Assembly (NCBI GenBank): GCA_964016885.1
Contig: OZ024742.1
Span: 359,848,001 to 359,912,000 of the forward strand
Length of the DNA stretch: 64,000 bases
Direction of reading: 5' to 3'
Source of the DNA: Eledone cirrhosa
Taxonomy: Eukaryota
Part shown: positions 12,066 through 24,798 of the stretch, in pieces
How the letters are laid out: each line of letters begins with the position of its first letter
Position numbering within the stretch: the stretch's first letter is position 1
The notes under the pieces: generated by a model
What the model was told of the DNA's origin: nothing
The model's input: the letters and a program-made list of their open reading frames with translations, nothing else
Database searches by the model: none
Made by a program: the position numbers and the translations under genes

Positions 12066-14127
12066 CCCCCATGTCGACCCAATAGAGGGACCAGCAGTGT
12101 TAGTCGAGGGGAGTATAATAAGTAAGGCAATCAAGGATATGAAGACAGGTAAGGCGGCTGGGCCTTCGGAAATAGTTGCTGAGATGCTGAAGGCATCTGG
12201 CACGGTGGGACACACCATGGTCACCCGCATAGTTAACCAAGTCGTACAGAATGGGGCTGTTCCGAAGGACTGGCATAGCAGCATCATCGTTAACTGTTAT
12301 AAGGGTAAAGGAGACGCCCTAGATAGGAGTAACTATAGAGGCATTAAATTAATCGACCAGGTCATGAAGGTCACAGAAAAAGTAATAGCGCAACTAATCA
12401 GAGAGAGAATTGACCTAGATGAAATGCAGTTCGGGTTTGTGTCAGGCAAAAGTACCACAGACGCTCTTTTCATAGTACGACAACTACAGGAGAAGTACCT
12501 AGCTAAAGGTAAACCCCTCTACTTAGCTTTTGTCGACTTGGAGAAAGCCTTCGACAGAGTCCCCCGCTCCATTATCTGGTGGGCTCTTAGAAAACTAGGC
12601 GTTGACGAATGGCTTGTGAGGGCTATACAAGCCATGTATAAAGAAACGGTCAGCAAGGTTAGAATTAACAACGAATATAGTGAAGAGTTTAGCGTAAAAG
12701 TTGGCGTCCATCAGGGCTCTGTTCTCAGCCCCCTACTATTTATTATTGCCCTTCAGGCTATAACAGAGGAGTTCAAGACAGGCTGCCCATGGGAACTCCT
12801 ATACGCAGACGACCTGACACTCATAGCGGAATCAATGGCCGAGCTAGAGAAGAAATTCCAAACATGGAAGCACGGCCTAGAGTCAAAAGGACTTAAAATT
12901 AACCTGGCTAAGACCAAAGTTCTAGTTTGTAGGAAAGAAAACAAGGCGGCGGTCCCTTCTGGGAAATGGTCGTGCTCGGTGTGTAGGAAAGGCGTAGGTA
13001 GAAACTCCATTTTGTGTCCTAAATGCAAAGTATGGGTGCATAAAAGATGTAGTGGGATCACAGGTAAGCTAACTAAGAACATAGATTTTACATGTGGCCG
13101 GTGTTCTGGTGCAATAAGTAGCAGCAAGTGCCCACACAATACTAGCTCTTTCAATTGCGCAGAGGGTTCTATAGAAATAGTGGACAGCTTCCGTTACCTG
13201 GGCGATAAAATCAGCAGTGGGGGAGGGTGCTCTGAAAGTACTGTAGCTAGAGTCAGAACTGGTTGGAAAAAGTTCAGAGAGCCTATACCACTATTAGCTG
13301 CTAAAGGGTTCTCCCTAAAAATGAAAGGCAGGTTGTACGATGCCTGCATACGAACAGCAATGTTGCATGGCAGTGAGACCTGGGCATTGTGTGCAGAGGA
13401 TATACGCAGACTAGAGAGGAACGAAGCTTGCATGCTCCGCTGGATGTGTAACAGTAATATACGTGAACGGCAAAGCATAAACGAACTAAGGAAAAAATTA
13501 GAGATAAGAGGGATCAGATGTTGTTTACTCGAGAGAAGGCTACGTTGGTATGGACACGTGATGCGCATGAAAGTCGATAGCTGTATAACAAAGTGCAGGG
13601 CAATAAAGATAGACGGTAGCCACGGAATAGGCAGACCTAGAAAAACCTGGGACGAGCTGATAAACTCCGACCTCACACACTTACACCTCTCCAAGACAAT
13701 GTCACTGGACCGAGACCTTTGGCGGTACTCAGTAACAGAGAAGACCCGCCTTGCCAGTAGGCATCTCTAACAAAATACACCCCGTCCCACCACCACCACC
13801 CCCACCCCATCCACACCACCCCGTCCTATGTAAAGTTATGTTGGTGCCGCGCCATCCGGGCCGAAACAAATGAGATCGTGTAGGTGTCACGACAAAAAAA
13901 CACACAGTCCACGCTGTAATGTGGCCGTGTAGGCAACACGGTAAAAACCTCCCAGACCCACACTGTAAATGTGGTTGGTGTTAGGAAGGGCATCCAACTG
14001 TAGAAAACCTGCCAGACAGTCCTATGCGAGCAAGACAATCACTCTTGCCTCAAGTGGGACTACCCCCGTCCAAACCCATGCAAGCGTGGAACACGGACGT
14101 TAAACGTTGATGATGATGATGATGATG
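12066..14127 (+). mobile_element. RTE LINE copy 2, 5'-truncated, inserted in L1/Tx1 ORF1
   Basis: Near-identical to copy 1; ORF 12097-13770; (GAT)n tail; target-site duplication aaactct at 12059-12065 and 14128-14134. Confidence 0.95.
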
Positions 14128-14746
14128 AAACTCTGTCTCTATGGCAAGGGTTTCTGAAAACGTTTTTTTTTCGTGTGTTTGGTTGTTTTCACTTGTGCTG
14201 GAGTTATTTTTGTTGTTCTTGTTATTGCTGTTGATGTTGTTTTTGTTTGTTTGTGTTGCCATGACAAAATTTGGGATGATGTCACAGTTGTCCAGCTGTC
14301 TATGAGCAGGTAAAGGAATGTCTTGTAGCTGACTTCTATTATTGGAGGGAAAGGCTGCTGTGGTAGTAAGCAAGCTGTCCCCCTTCCATTTTCTTCTTTT
14401 GGCCAGAAAATTGTTTTCTTTTCAGCCTTTCTTTCAGGATTGGCGAAAGTGGTTGTAGTTGAGGATATAATGTCTTTTATGCTCCCCTTTCCAAGAATGT
14501 TCTCTGCGTTTAAAGAAGGCAACATTTCTGATGCCATTTTAAAATTTACAAATAGTATTTTTTTTTATTTTGCTATTGGCAAGTAAATTTTCGCCCCTAA
14601 AGGCTTGAAACTTAGAAAAACCAACCCTCTGGGGTTTCAGGGTGTTGGTTTATCTTTAAAACAATGTAATAAAATTTACAAAAATCAGAAATTTTACCAG
14701 AAAATTTAAACAAAAACTCACCAGCGAGTTGTCACACGTCTACCCA

Positions 14747-14840
14747 GACAGACAGACAGATGGATAGATGGACAGATAGATGGATAGACAGACAGACAGA
14801 CAGATAGAAAGACAGACAGACAGACAGATAGACAGACAGG
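14747..14840. repeat. (GACA/GATA)n microsatellite
   Basis: Direct reading. Confidence 0.9.
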
Positions 14841-14917
14841 CATTAAATTTGAATTCACAAAAGAGAGAAAATGGATGTTAGATGACAACAACGACAGATG
14901 ACGACAATGATACCTAC

Positions 14918-15227
14918 ATTCAAAGTTCTTCACAATATAGTCAACACACAATTCCTCCAGTAATGGCACAGTGGCCAGTGACCAAACACTATCTTCAGCG
15001 ATGATTCTTCTCATCTTACGCATGTCAGCAGCAGGGTTTGGCAGAAATGTGGCTGAAAAGGTTTCCTGCAAGCTGGTAAGTAGTTCCTCGGCATTTTCCA
15101 ATTTCTCAATCTCTTCAGTTGCCTCACTCTTGCTTATACCACTCACAGAATACTCCTTCTCCGATTCCAATTCCACCAGTTCTTCTCGACTAGGCTCAGA
15201 AGGTTTGATTTCTAAAACACTCGGCAT
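14918..15227 (-). CDS. TCTE1: TCTE1/DRC5 first coding exon
   Basis: MPSVLE...NPAADMRKMRRIIAEDSVWSLATVPLLEELCVDYIVKNFE matches the TCTE1 N-terminal motif MRRIIAEDxxWSLAxVPLLxELC. Donor T|GTAGGT at 14917. An acceptor ttccAG at 15234-15233 lies 5 nt before the ATG, implying an upstream non-coding exon. Confidence 0.9.
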
Positions 15228-15956
15228 TATCTCTGGAAATACAAAATATATGAGAATTATATATATCTATATATCCATCTAACCCATGCTTGCGTGGAAG
15301 AACGGACGTAAAACGGTGATGATGATGATGATATCTATCTATCTATCTATATATATATAGTGAAAGATTGAAGAATAACATGGTCGGCTGTACAACAAGG
15401 GGCTTTATTTCAAGTATTAAAAATTGCTTCATTGATCAGGTGAGTCTAAAGGCCACTAATCACTCGAAGTTGCGTCACTCGACCTTCAATACAGTATTTA
15501 CCTCTGATCAAATCCTCAGAAACCCCTTGTTGTACAGCCAACCATGCTATTCTTCAATCTTTCACTATTATTACCCCAAGTATAACCTGCATAGGAATTC
15601 TCACGAACTCACTGCCTAACTAGGGAGACATCTTGTTGAGTCAAACAATGCCGTACGTTAAAACTATCCACAATACAGAGTACTCACAACCTCTAACTGG
15701 ATTACCTAAAACGATAACTTGTTATTCCATATACAGATATATATATATGTGGGATACCTCATTTCATGTAGCAATAAATACTTTTCTGACATTTCATATA
15801 CACACATTATATATATCACATTATCATCAACCTTTCAACTCCATGTTTCCATGCTGGCATGTGTTATGTATATAAAAGGTAAACAGAAATAACAACACAA
15901 ACGATACAGTATATGAAAAGAATATATTAGTTTAATGCTTGAAATAGTAGGAAGAG

Positions 15957-15994
<38 letters not shown>

Positions 15995-15999
<5 letters not shown>

Positions 16000-16609
16000 A
16001 AAAAAAGATGAAATCGAAAATGCAACTGGAGTCTTATTTTTAAAAAAATATATATATTTATTTGGTTCCTTTACCGGTTTCGCAGTTATTCTGCTTTTCA
16101 AAAGGTGAGTTGAGATGGAGGGTCTGTGGTTTTTCTCACATCTGGTTGGTCTCTGAATGTTACTTGTTTTATATGGAAAAAGTGGCTCGAAATGCCAGGT
16201 TTTTCGAGAAGTAATTTGATTGGTTTGTCAATAATTATAATAAATTTCGCGCCAGTTCGCGTTACAAAGTTCTTCAAACAAAGGAGGGGGGGGAGTCACA
16301 GGTGGGTTTTTTCATATATGAGTGTTTGAATTTGTTTTTACTTAAAACCTGGCATTTCGAGCCACTTTTTCCATATAAAACAAGTAACATTCAGAGACCA
16401 ACCAGATGTGAGAAAAACCACAGACCCTCCATCTCAACTCTACTTTTGAAAAGCAGAATAACTGTGAAACCGGTAAAGGAACCAAATAAATATATATATT
16501 TTTTTTAAAATAAGACTCCAGTTGCATTTTCGATTTCATCTTTTTTTCTTTATACTTTCACTCATGTAGGACACCTCGGTTATTTTTCATTTTGTAAAAA
16601 AACCCTCAC

Positions 16610-16617
<8 letters not shown>
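15995..16617. mobile_element. Non-coding fold-back element with a hammerhead in each arm (PLE-associated)
   Basis: Arms at about 15995-16205 and 16345-16553 are inverted; (TA)n on both sides; second insertion at 62298-62659. Confidence 0.8.
16068..16105 (-). ncRNA. Minimal type I hammerhead ribozyme motif, U3:A8 core
   Basis: CCUU UUGAAAA GCAG-AAUAA-CUGC GAAA CCGG UA AAGG; inverted copy at 16443-16479 (+). Confidence 0.75.
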
Positions 16618-16641
<24 letters not shown>

Positions 16642-16645
<4 letters not shown>

Positions 16646-17871
16646 TAACCTGGCTAAGACCAAAGTTCTAGTTTGTAGGAAAGAAAACAAGGCGGCAGTC
16701 CCTTCTGGGAAATGGTCGTGCTCGGTGTGTAGGAAAGGCGTAGGTAGAAACTCCATTTTATGTCCTAAATGCAAAGTATGGGTGCATAAAAGATGTAGTG
16801 GGATCACAGGTAAGCTAACTAAGAACATAGATTTTACATGTGGCCGGTGTTCTGGTGCAATAAGTAGCAGCAAGTGCCCACACAATACTAGCTCTTTCAA
16901 TTGCGCAGAGGGTTCTATAGAAATAGTGGACAGCTTCCGTTACCTGGGCGATAAAATCAGCAGTGGGGGAGGGTGCTCTGAAAGTACTGTAGCTAGAGTC
17001 AGAACTGGTTGGAAAAAGTTCAGAGAGCTTATACCACTATTAGCTGCTAAAAGGTTCTCCCTAAAAATGAAAGGCAGGTTGTACGATGCCTGCATACGAA
17101 CAGCAATGTTGCATGGCAGTGAGACCTGGGCATTGTGTGCAGAGGATATACGCAGACTAGAGAGGAACGAAGCTTGCATGCTCCGCTGGATGTGTAACAG
17201 TAATATACGTGAACGGCAAAGCATAAACGAACTAAGGAAAAAATTAGAGATAAGAGGGATCAGATGTTGTTTACTCGAGAGAAGGCTACGTTGGTATGGA
17301 CACGTGATGCGCATGAAAGTCGATAGCTGTATAACAAAGTGCAGGGCAATAAAGATAGACGGTAGCCACGGAATAGGCAGACCTAGAAAAACCTGGGACG
17401 AGCTGATAAACTCCGACCTCACACACTTACACCTCTCCAAGACAATGTCACTGGACCGAGACCTTTGGCGGTACTCAGTAACAGAGAAGACCCGCCTTGC
17501 CAGTAGGCATCTCTAACAAAATACACCCTGTCCCGCCACCACCCCCACCCCATCCACACCACCCCGTTCTATGTAAAGTTATGTTGGTGCCGCGCCATCC
17601 AGGCCGAAACAAATGAGATCGTGTAGGTGTCACGACAAAAAAACACACAGTCCACGCTGTAATGTGGCCGTGTAGGCAACACGGTAAAAACCTCCCAGAC
17701 CCACACTGTAAATGTGGTTGGTGTTAGGAAGGGCATCCAACTGTAGAAAACCTGCCAGACAGTCCTATGCGAGCAAGACAATCACTCTTGCCTCAAGTGG
17801 GACTACCCCCGTCCAAACCCATGCAAGCGTGGAACACGGACGTTAAACGTTGATGATGATGATGATGATGA
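16642..17871 (+). mobile_element. RTE LINE copy 3, 5'-truncated
   Basis: ORF 16725-17516 nearly identical to copies 1 and 2; (GAT)n tail; TA flanks. Confidence 0.95.
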
Positions 17872-17876
17872 TATAT

Positions 17877-17924
<48 letters not shown>

Positions 17925-17928
<4 letters not shown>

Positions 17929-18450
17929 GAAATAGCACTGAAAATATATTTAAGGGTCTGTTTTTCTTTTTTTCCTTTCTTTAATTCGTCAAAGTGACAT
18001 TATTGAAAAAATGAGAGGGATAATTCTTTAAAAAAAAGAGTTATATAATGTATATAAGGTATTACCGGTTTTGGCGTATTAGTAAAATTCATCTTATCAA
18101 ATGTTGAATATTACAATTAAAAAGAATTAATAAGGAAAGACTAAAAATTTAAGATTTAAAATCAAGTGTTGAGGTAAGTTTTTGCATCTTCCTTCTTGAG
18201 AAGGAGACTAAAAGTGTTACATAAGATGAATTTTACTAATACATCGAAACCGGTAATACTTTATATACTTTATAAAACTCTTTTTTTTAAAGAATTGTTC
18301 CTCTCATTTTTTCAATAATGTCACTTTGACGAATCAAAGGAAAGGAAAAAAAAAAAAAAACAGACCCTAAAATATATTTTCAGTGCTATTTCCAATCTCA
18401 CCTTTTCTCTATAACCACTATTTTGTATAGAACCTTACTTCCCTTTTCAA
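17925..18450. mobile_element. Fold-back element with degenerate U3:A8 hammerheads
   Basis: Arms at about 17925-18100 and 18220-18400 are inverted. The two arms combine to UUGAUAA GAUG...CAUC GAAA CCGG UA. Confidence 0.7.
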
Positions 18451-18464
18451 ATATATATATGAGA

Positions 18465-18650
18465 TCAGCTCTCAACAAACTCTACCCAGGTCTTTCTCAG
18501 TGGCTTCCATCCTCTGGCATTTCCTGGCACTTCTTCACCCAGTGATCATTATTTATGCACATCACATGTCCGTACCAACACAGTCTTCTCTCCTGCACAC
18601 CACCTCAGATTTCTCTTAAACTCAGCTTCTCCCTCAAACCGTCCACATTA
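18465..18650 (-). mobile_element. RTE 3' fragment
   Basis: Similar to 2990-3310 (RRL.WYGHVM). Confidence 0.7.
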
Positions 18651-18675
18651 TATATATATATATACACATATATAT

Positions 18676-21114
18676 ATCATCATCATCATCAACGTTTAAC
18701 GTCCGTGTTCCACGCTTGCATGGGTTTGGACGGGGGTATTCCCACTTGAGGCAAGAGTGATTGTCTTGCTCGCATAGGACTGTCTGGCGTGTTTTCTACA
18801 GTTGGATGCCCTTCCTAACACCAACCACATTTACAGTGTGGGTCTGGGAGGTTTTTACCGTGTTGCCTACACGGCCACATTACAGCGTGGACTGTGTGTT
18901 TTTTTGTCGTGACACCTACACGATCTCATTTGTTTCGGCCTGGATGGTGTGGCACCAACACAACTTTACATAGGAGGGGGTGGTGTGGATGGGGTGGGGG
19001 TGGTGGGACGGGGGCGTATTTTGTTAGAGATGCCTACTGGCTATAGTAGGTTTTACTTTGTATTTAGGTAAGGCGGGTCTTCTCTATTACTGAGTACCGC
19101 CAAAGGTCTCGGTCCAGTGACATTGTCTTGGAGAGGTGTAAGTGTGTGAGGTCGGAGTTTATCAGCTCGTCCCAGGTTTTTCAGGGTCTGCCTACTCCGT
19201 GGCTACCGTCTATCTTTATTGCCCTGCACTTTGTTATACAGCTATCGACTTTCATGCGCATCACGTGTCCATACCAACGTAGCCTTCTCTCGAGTAAACA
19301 ACATCTGATCCCTCTTATTTCTAATTTTTTCCTTAGTTCGTTTATGCTTTGCTGTTCACGTATATTACTATTACACATCCAGCGGAGCATGCAAGCTTCG
19401 TTCCTCTCTAGTCTGCGTATATCCTCTGCACACAATGCCCAGGTCTCACTGCCATGCAACATTGCTGTTCGTATGCAGGCATCATACAACCTGCCTTTCA
19501 TTTCTAGGGAGAACCCTTTAGCGGCTAATAGTGGTATAAGCTCTCTGAACTTTTTCCATCCAGTTCTGACTCTAGCTACAGTACTTTCAGAGCACCCTCC
19601 CCCACTGCTGATTTTGTCACCCAGGTAACGGAAGCTGTCCACTATTTCTATAGAGCCCTCTGCGCAGTTGTAAGAGCTAGTATTTTGTGGGCACTTGCTG
19701 CTACTTATTGCACCAGAGCACCGCCCTCATGTAAAATCTATGTTCTTAGTTAGCTTACCTGTGATCCCACTACATCTTTTATGCACCCATACTTTGCATT
19801 TGGGACATAAAATGGAGTTTCTACCTACGCCTTTCCTACACACTGAGCATGGCCATTTCCCGGAAGGGACCGCTGCCTTATTTTCTTTCCTACAAACTAG
19901 AACTTTAGTCTTAGCCAGGTTAATTTTAAGGCCTTTTGATTCTAGGCCGTGCTTCCATGTTTGGAATTTCTTCTCTAGCTCGGCCATTGATTCAGCTATG
20001 AGTGTCAGGTCGTCTGCGTATAGGAGTTCCCATGGGCAGCCGGTCTTGAACTCCTCTGTTATAGCCTGAAGGGCAATAATAAATAGTAGGGGGCTGAGAA
20101 CAGAGCCCTGATGGACGCCAACTTTTACGCTAAACTCTTCACTATATTCGTTGTTAATTCTAACCTTGCTGACTGTTTCTTTATACATGGCTTGTATAGC
20201 TCTCACAAGCCATTCGTCGACACCTAGTTTTCTAAGGGCCCACCAGATAATGGAACGGGGGACTCTGTCGAAGGCTTTCTCCAAGTCGACAAAAGCTAAG
20301 CAGAGGGGTTTACCTTTAGCTAGGTACTTCTCCTGTAGTTGACGTACAATGAAAAGAACGTCTGTGGTACTTTTGCCTGACACAAACCCGAACTGCATTT
20401 CATCTAGGTCAATTCTCTCTCTGATTAGTTGCGCTATTACTTTTTCCGTGACCTTCATGACCTGGTCGATTAATTTAATGCCTCTATAGTTACTCCTATC
20501 TAGGGCATCTCCTTTACCCTTATAACAGTTAACGATGATGCTGCTATGCCAGTCCTTCGGAACAACCCCATTCTGTACGACTTGGTTAACTATCCGGGTG
20601 ACCATGGTGTGTCCCACCGTGCCAGATGCCTTCAGCATCTCAGCAACTATTTCCGAAGGCCCAGCCGCCTTACCCGTCTTCATATCCTTGATTGCCTTAC
20701 TTATTATACTACCCTCGACTAACAATGCTGGTCCCTCTATTGGGTCAATGTGGGGGAGACTGTCTTTCTCCCATTTATTCTCCTCATTTAGTAGCCTTTC
20801 ATAGTGACACTTCCAAGCTACCTTCTTATCAGCGTCGGTGATGGCAAGTATGCCGTCATCATTAAGTACACACTTCTCCCCGACAATATCACGGTTTTCC
20901 TTGACACATTGCCTAGCAATCCTGAACACCTCACGTTTTTGGTCCTCGCGTTGTAGAACATGCTTGAACTTTCTTTCCTCTGCTTCCCTTCTTGCGAAGT
21001 ACACTTGTCTCCTAGCTTCCCTCCTGACCACTTGATAGTCTTCTCTACCTCCCCCATCCCACCATACTTTCCAAGCCTGCTTTTTGGCCTTAATTGACCC
21101 CTCCACCTTACTGT
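18676..21114 (-). mobile_element. RTE LINE copy 4 with premature stops
   Basis: ORF pieces 21106-19727 and 19642-19181; an insertion of about 28 bp near 19041-19069; (ATC)n tail; TA flanks. Confidence 0.95.
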
Positions 21115-21309
21115 ATATATATATATATTGTTTATCAAGACCTGCTTGCTTTTTCGTTGCTTTGGTATTATGTGGCTGGGGTTGCCTGTCGCAGTTTCCA
21201 ATTTGTCAAGCTATCTACCGTATGTTATTACTCTCAGGTGACACAACCTTATCAAGTGCTTTGCTGCACATTTCTAATTGTATATCGTTAGCTTGGCCAC
21301 AGCCAAAAC

Positions 21310-22395
21310 TTCGATTTTACTAAGGCATTCGACAGTGTACACCGGGAGTCGCTGTGGAATGTTGCGCAACTGTACGGCATTCCTGCAAGATTCATCGCCA
21401 TTTTCAAGGCCCTGTATGAAAACTCCAGCTGCTGCATGCAGACTGAATCCGGTGTGATGGAGTTCTTTGACATTGTCTCCGGAGTCAGACAGGGTTGCAT
21501 TCTCTCTCCATTGTTGTTCCTGCTGGCAGCCGATTTCGTACTAAGGCGAATGGATGAAGGACCCGGTTGAGGAATCCCATGGAGAGGGCAGTCGAGGCTG
21601 AGGGACCTGGTATTCGCCAACGACATCGCTTTTATCGCTGAAAACAGTGCAGATCTGCAGGCCCTAACAACACCCCTACAAGAGAGTGTGGAAAATATCG
21701 GCCTGAGAATCAACACCAAAAAGACCAAGGTCATGAGAACGGCCAGCAACACAGGTCCAGTGATCAGAGTCAACCAACAGGACCTCAAGGAAGTCGATCA
21801 CTTCACCTATCTGGGCAGCACCCTGACAAGCAGCAGCAACGCGGAGCTCGACATCAACTGTCGGATCAGCAAAGGAGCCGCAGATTTCCAGCGGCTGTGC
21901 CCAGTCTGGTCATCTTCATGCATTAGCACCAAGACCAAGCTCCGCCTGTACAAGAGCATCATGCTGCCGACAGTGCTTTATGCGAGCGAGACCTGGAAGA
22001 GTACGGCAAAAATAGAGAGATGGCTGAACGCTTTCCACCAGCGGTGCCTGCGAAAGATCCTTCGTGTGTCCTGGCACGACCGAGTGCGAAACGAGGAGAT
22101 CCTGAGTCATGGACACTACAGAGAGTGGTCACGGAGCATCGGTGCCGTCTGGCTGGCCGCCATATTCTGTTTCTGCCAAATGAATGGCATTCGAAAACAG
22201 CGATGAACTGGACTCCGCCTGGCGGTAAACGGAGGTGGGGTTGCCCAAAGATCACCTGGCGACGAACGTTCCGGAAGGACCTGATGGCAGCCAACATCAC
22301 CTGGCACGGTCTCGAAAAAGTTGCCACTGATCGTGACCATTGGAAAGTACTTACTGCTCAATGCGCCAAATGGCGCGGAAGAATCTAAGACTAAG
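21310..22395 (+). mobile_element. Second RTE family, decayed RT and 3' end
   Basis: DFTKAFDSVHRESLW, GVRQGCILSPLLF, FANDIA, FTYLGS, LYASETW; stop and frameshift; CTAAGA-repeat tail. Confidence 0.85.
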
Positions 22396-22397
22396 AT

Positions 22398-22885
22398 ATA
22401 AAGTAAGAATGGAAACAGCACGGAAATATATTGAAAGAATCTTTTTTTTTTTCTTCTTTAATCCATCAAATGGAAAAAAAGGAGAAAAATAAATTTAAAA
22501 AAAAAGGAGTTTTAGAAAATCTATAAAATATTGCTGGTTTTGATGTAATCCATCTTATCAAATATTAAAATTTTAAAATCAAGAATTAAAAATTAAGTGT
22601 TGAAAGTCTTGAAGAAGGTCTGTTCATATGATCAGACCTTCAACACTAAATTTTTAATTCTTGAATTTTAAATTTTAATATTTGATAAGATGGATTACAT
22701 CAAAACCAGCAATATTTTATAGATTTTATAAAACTCTTTTTTATTTATTTATTTTTCTCCTTTTTTTCTCTTTGATGGATTAAAGAAGAAAAAAAAAAGA
22801 TTCTTTCAATATATTTCTGTGCTGTTTCCATTCTTACTTTTTTTACCTCTGTTTTGTATAGAACTTTACCCTCCTTTCAACTGTG
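22398..22885. mobile_element. Fold-back element related to 17925-18450
   Basis: Arms at about 22398-22605 and 22638-22840 are inverted; AAUAU UUGAUAA GAUG GAUUA CAUC AAAA CCAG CA AUAUU is a decayed hammerhead. Confidence 0.7.
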
Positions 22886-22900
22886 TGTATATATATATAG

Positions 22901-23062
22901 CAATGGAAGTGTGGTAAGGAACCAGGTGGAGTATAACGCACCAGAGTACTCGATACTTTGGGTAGTAGAGTGGGTAATAGGAAAAGAGTCAGAACTCTAA
23001 TGGCAGAGCTGAAGCCGTTTTGACAGCTATTTCTAGACAGAAATAGCTGTCAAAATGGCTTG
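22901..23062 (-). mobile_element. Solo PLE pseudo-LTR terminal fragment with a short inverted piece
   Basis: Matches 46719-46856 (ggaaatgtggtaaggaaccaggtgg...gccgttt). Other copies at 24653-24790, 25895-26092, 45844-46035 and 52367-52468. Confidence 0.8.
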
Positions 23063-23847
23063 AGAGAGAGAGACTGGCTAAGAAGTCATAACTAACTACA
23101 CCTGGGTTGATAACATTCCATACCAGTTGCCTGAAACTACATGTTATATGTCACACGTGTCTTCAAGACCACAGAGCACGTGTCACTTCCTGCAATATTT
23201 CTTCACAAGCCACCAGAGTCCCCACCATAAATGGGGAAATTTTATAGAAGGAAAAATATCCTCAGAAACCAGGAAGAGTCACCAATGGATAATTATATTT
23301 TGTACAATTCTCGATTTTTTAATAAGCAGCTTGCACTAAATAACTTAAAGGGAGAATTAACTAAGCAACCCAATCATATATTAAATATACAATCAGTACT
23401 GATGTTTTCATTTACTCATGATGACAAAGGGTTGTGAGGACCTGTCTACCTCCCTAGTGCTAGTGATCTTCATGATAAACACACCCAGAACTGTAAAGTG
23501 GTTAGTGTTAGGAAGGGTATCCAGCCATAAAAAGCTTGCCAAACAAGGGCCCTTCAGTTTGTGTTAAAAAACACAACAACCTCTCCTGTGCACTCAAAAG
23601 AAATGTATGACCATACGTAAGCGAGATGCAGACCCCTCGACCAATCACCACTAGGTACATAAATTATATGACACTTATCCAAGATGTCAGGCAGAGGGAT
23701 TGAACCCGGGCCCTAATGATTGCAAAGTAAACTTATTAACCACTCGGCCATAATCCGTCCACATTTAGTATAGTCTCACATGCTCTATGTTGGAATAAAA
23801 AAAACTTTAATCCTGTTTTGTCGATCGACCGTATTTTCCCAAGAACT

Positions 23848-23867
23848 AAACAACAATAGCAGCAACG

Positions 23868-23900
<33 letters not shown>

Positions 23901-23990
23901 ACAACAACAACGACAACAGCAACGACAATAGCAGCAACAACAGCAGCAACGACAACAACAACAGCAGCAACAACAGCAGCAACGACAACA

Positions 23991-24024
<34 letters not shown>

Positions 24025-24140
24025 AGGCAACAGCACAGCAGCAACAGCACAGCAGCAACAACAACGGCAACAGCACAGCAGCAGCAACAACAACAACAGC
24101 AACAACAGCAGCAACAACAACAACAACAACAGCAACAGCA
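23848..24140. repeat. (CAA/CAG/CGA)n trinucleotide repeat
   Basis: Direct reading. Confidence 0.9.
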
Positions 24141-24335
24141 AAAGTTTGTTTTTTTTACATATAAGAAAATCAAAAATATTTCAAAAGGAAAGACTTACTT
24201 TTTTGTTTATTTTCGACTTATTATAGACTTACTGCTTCTCTCTCTAAACAACTAACTATTTATTTCTCATATATTTCTGTCAGTAAATGTGTTGTATATT
24301 TGTTCATCGTTCAAATTGAAAACAAATGTAATGCT

Positions 24336-24349
24336 GTTGTTATAGCAAC
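24336..24349. promoter_or_regulatory. Candidate RFX X-box in the putative TCTE1 promoter
   Basis: GTTGTTATAGCAAC resembles the X-box palindrome GTTGCCATGGCAAC. It lies in unique sequence about 100 bp upstream (minus sense) of GTAAGT donor sites at about 24232 and 24198. TCTE1 is a motile-cilia gene. Confidence 0.5.
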
Positions 24350-24492
24350 AGGTTTCACCTTGCGGTGACTAATCAATAAATGTACCTTGTTTACAAAATT
24401 CCGTATAAGTGTTTGCATGTCTGTGCTATGATGTTTAACAAGATTGTGTATGTTTATCTATACGTACGTACATATACGTACACACACATACG

Positions 24493-24565
<73 letters not shown>

Positions 24566-24614
24566 GTATGTGTGTGTACGTATATGTACGTACGTATAGA
24601 TAAACATACCTTTC

Positions 24615-24654
<40 letters not shown>

Positions 24655-24798
24655 CAAAGGAATTGTGATTAGGAACCAGATGGACCATAACGCACCAGAG
24701 TGCTCAATACTTACGGTAGTAGAGTGGGAAATAGGAAAAAGTATGACCCCGACGGCAGAGTTCGAGCCGTTTCGACGGCTATTTCTGGACTCTTTGAG

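Larger units (their letters stand above)
7680..14746 (-). mobile_element. Decayed L1/Tx1-clade LINE with nested RTE and SINE insertions
   Basis: ORF1 pieces at 14537-14135 and 12058-10650 with CCHC knuckle CFKCGKNTHLKAFC. ORF2 starts near 10604 (MATIQVGCLTVRGL) and includes SPGLDGLPYEFY, FRPITLLNTELKILAKVL, RQGCPLS and GGLGMP, with frameshifts and deletions. AATAAA near 7690. Both ends abut GATA/GACA-type repeats. Confidence 0.85.

Noticed and set aside
23736-24226. Poly-Asn, Gln, Cys or Leu ORFs
   Set aside because: Translations of a trinucleotide repeat; the YI and HT repeat ORFs from (TA)n and (CA)n are rejected for the same reason.
24745-24775. tRNA gene from a GTTCGA-like motif
   Set aside because: No cloverleaf; the sequence is hammerhead stem III of the PLE-A pseudo-LTR.
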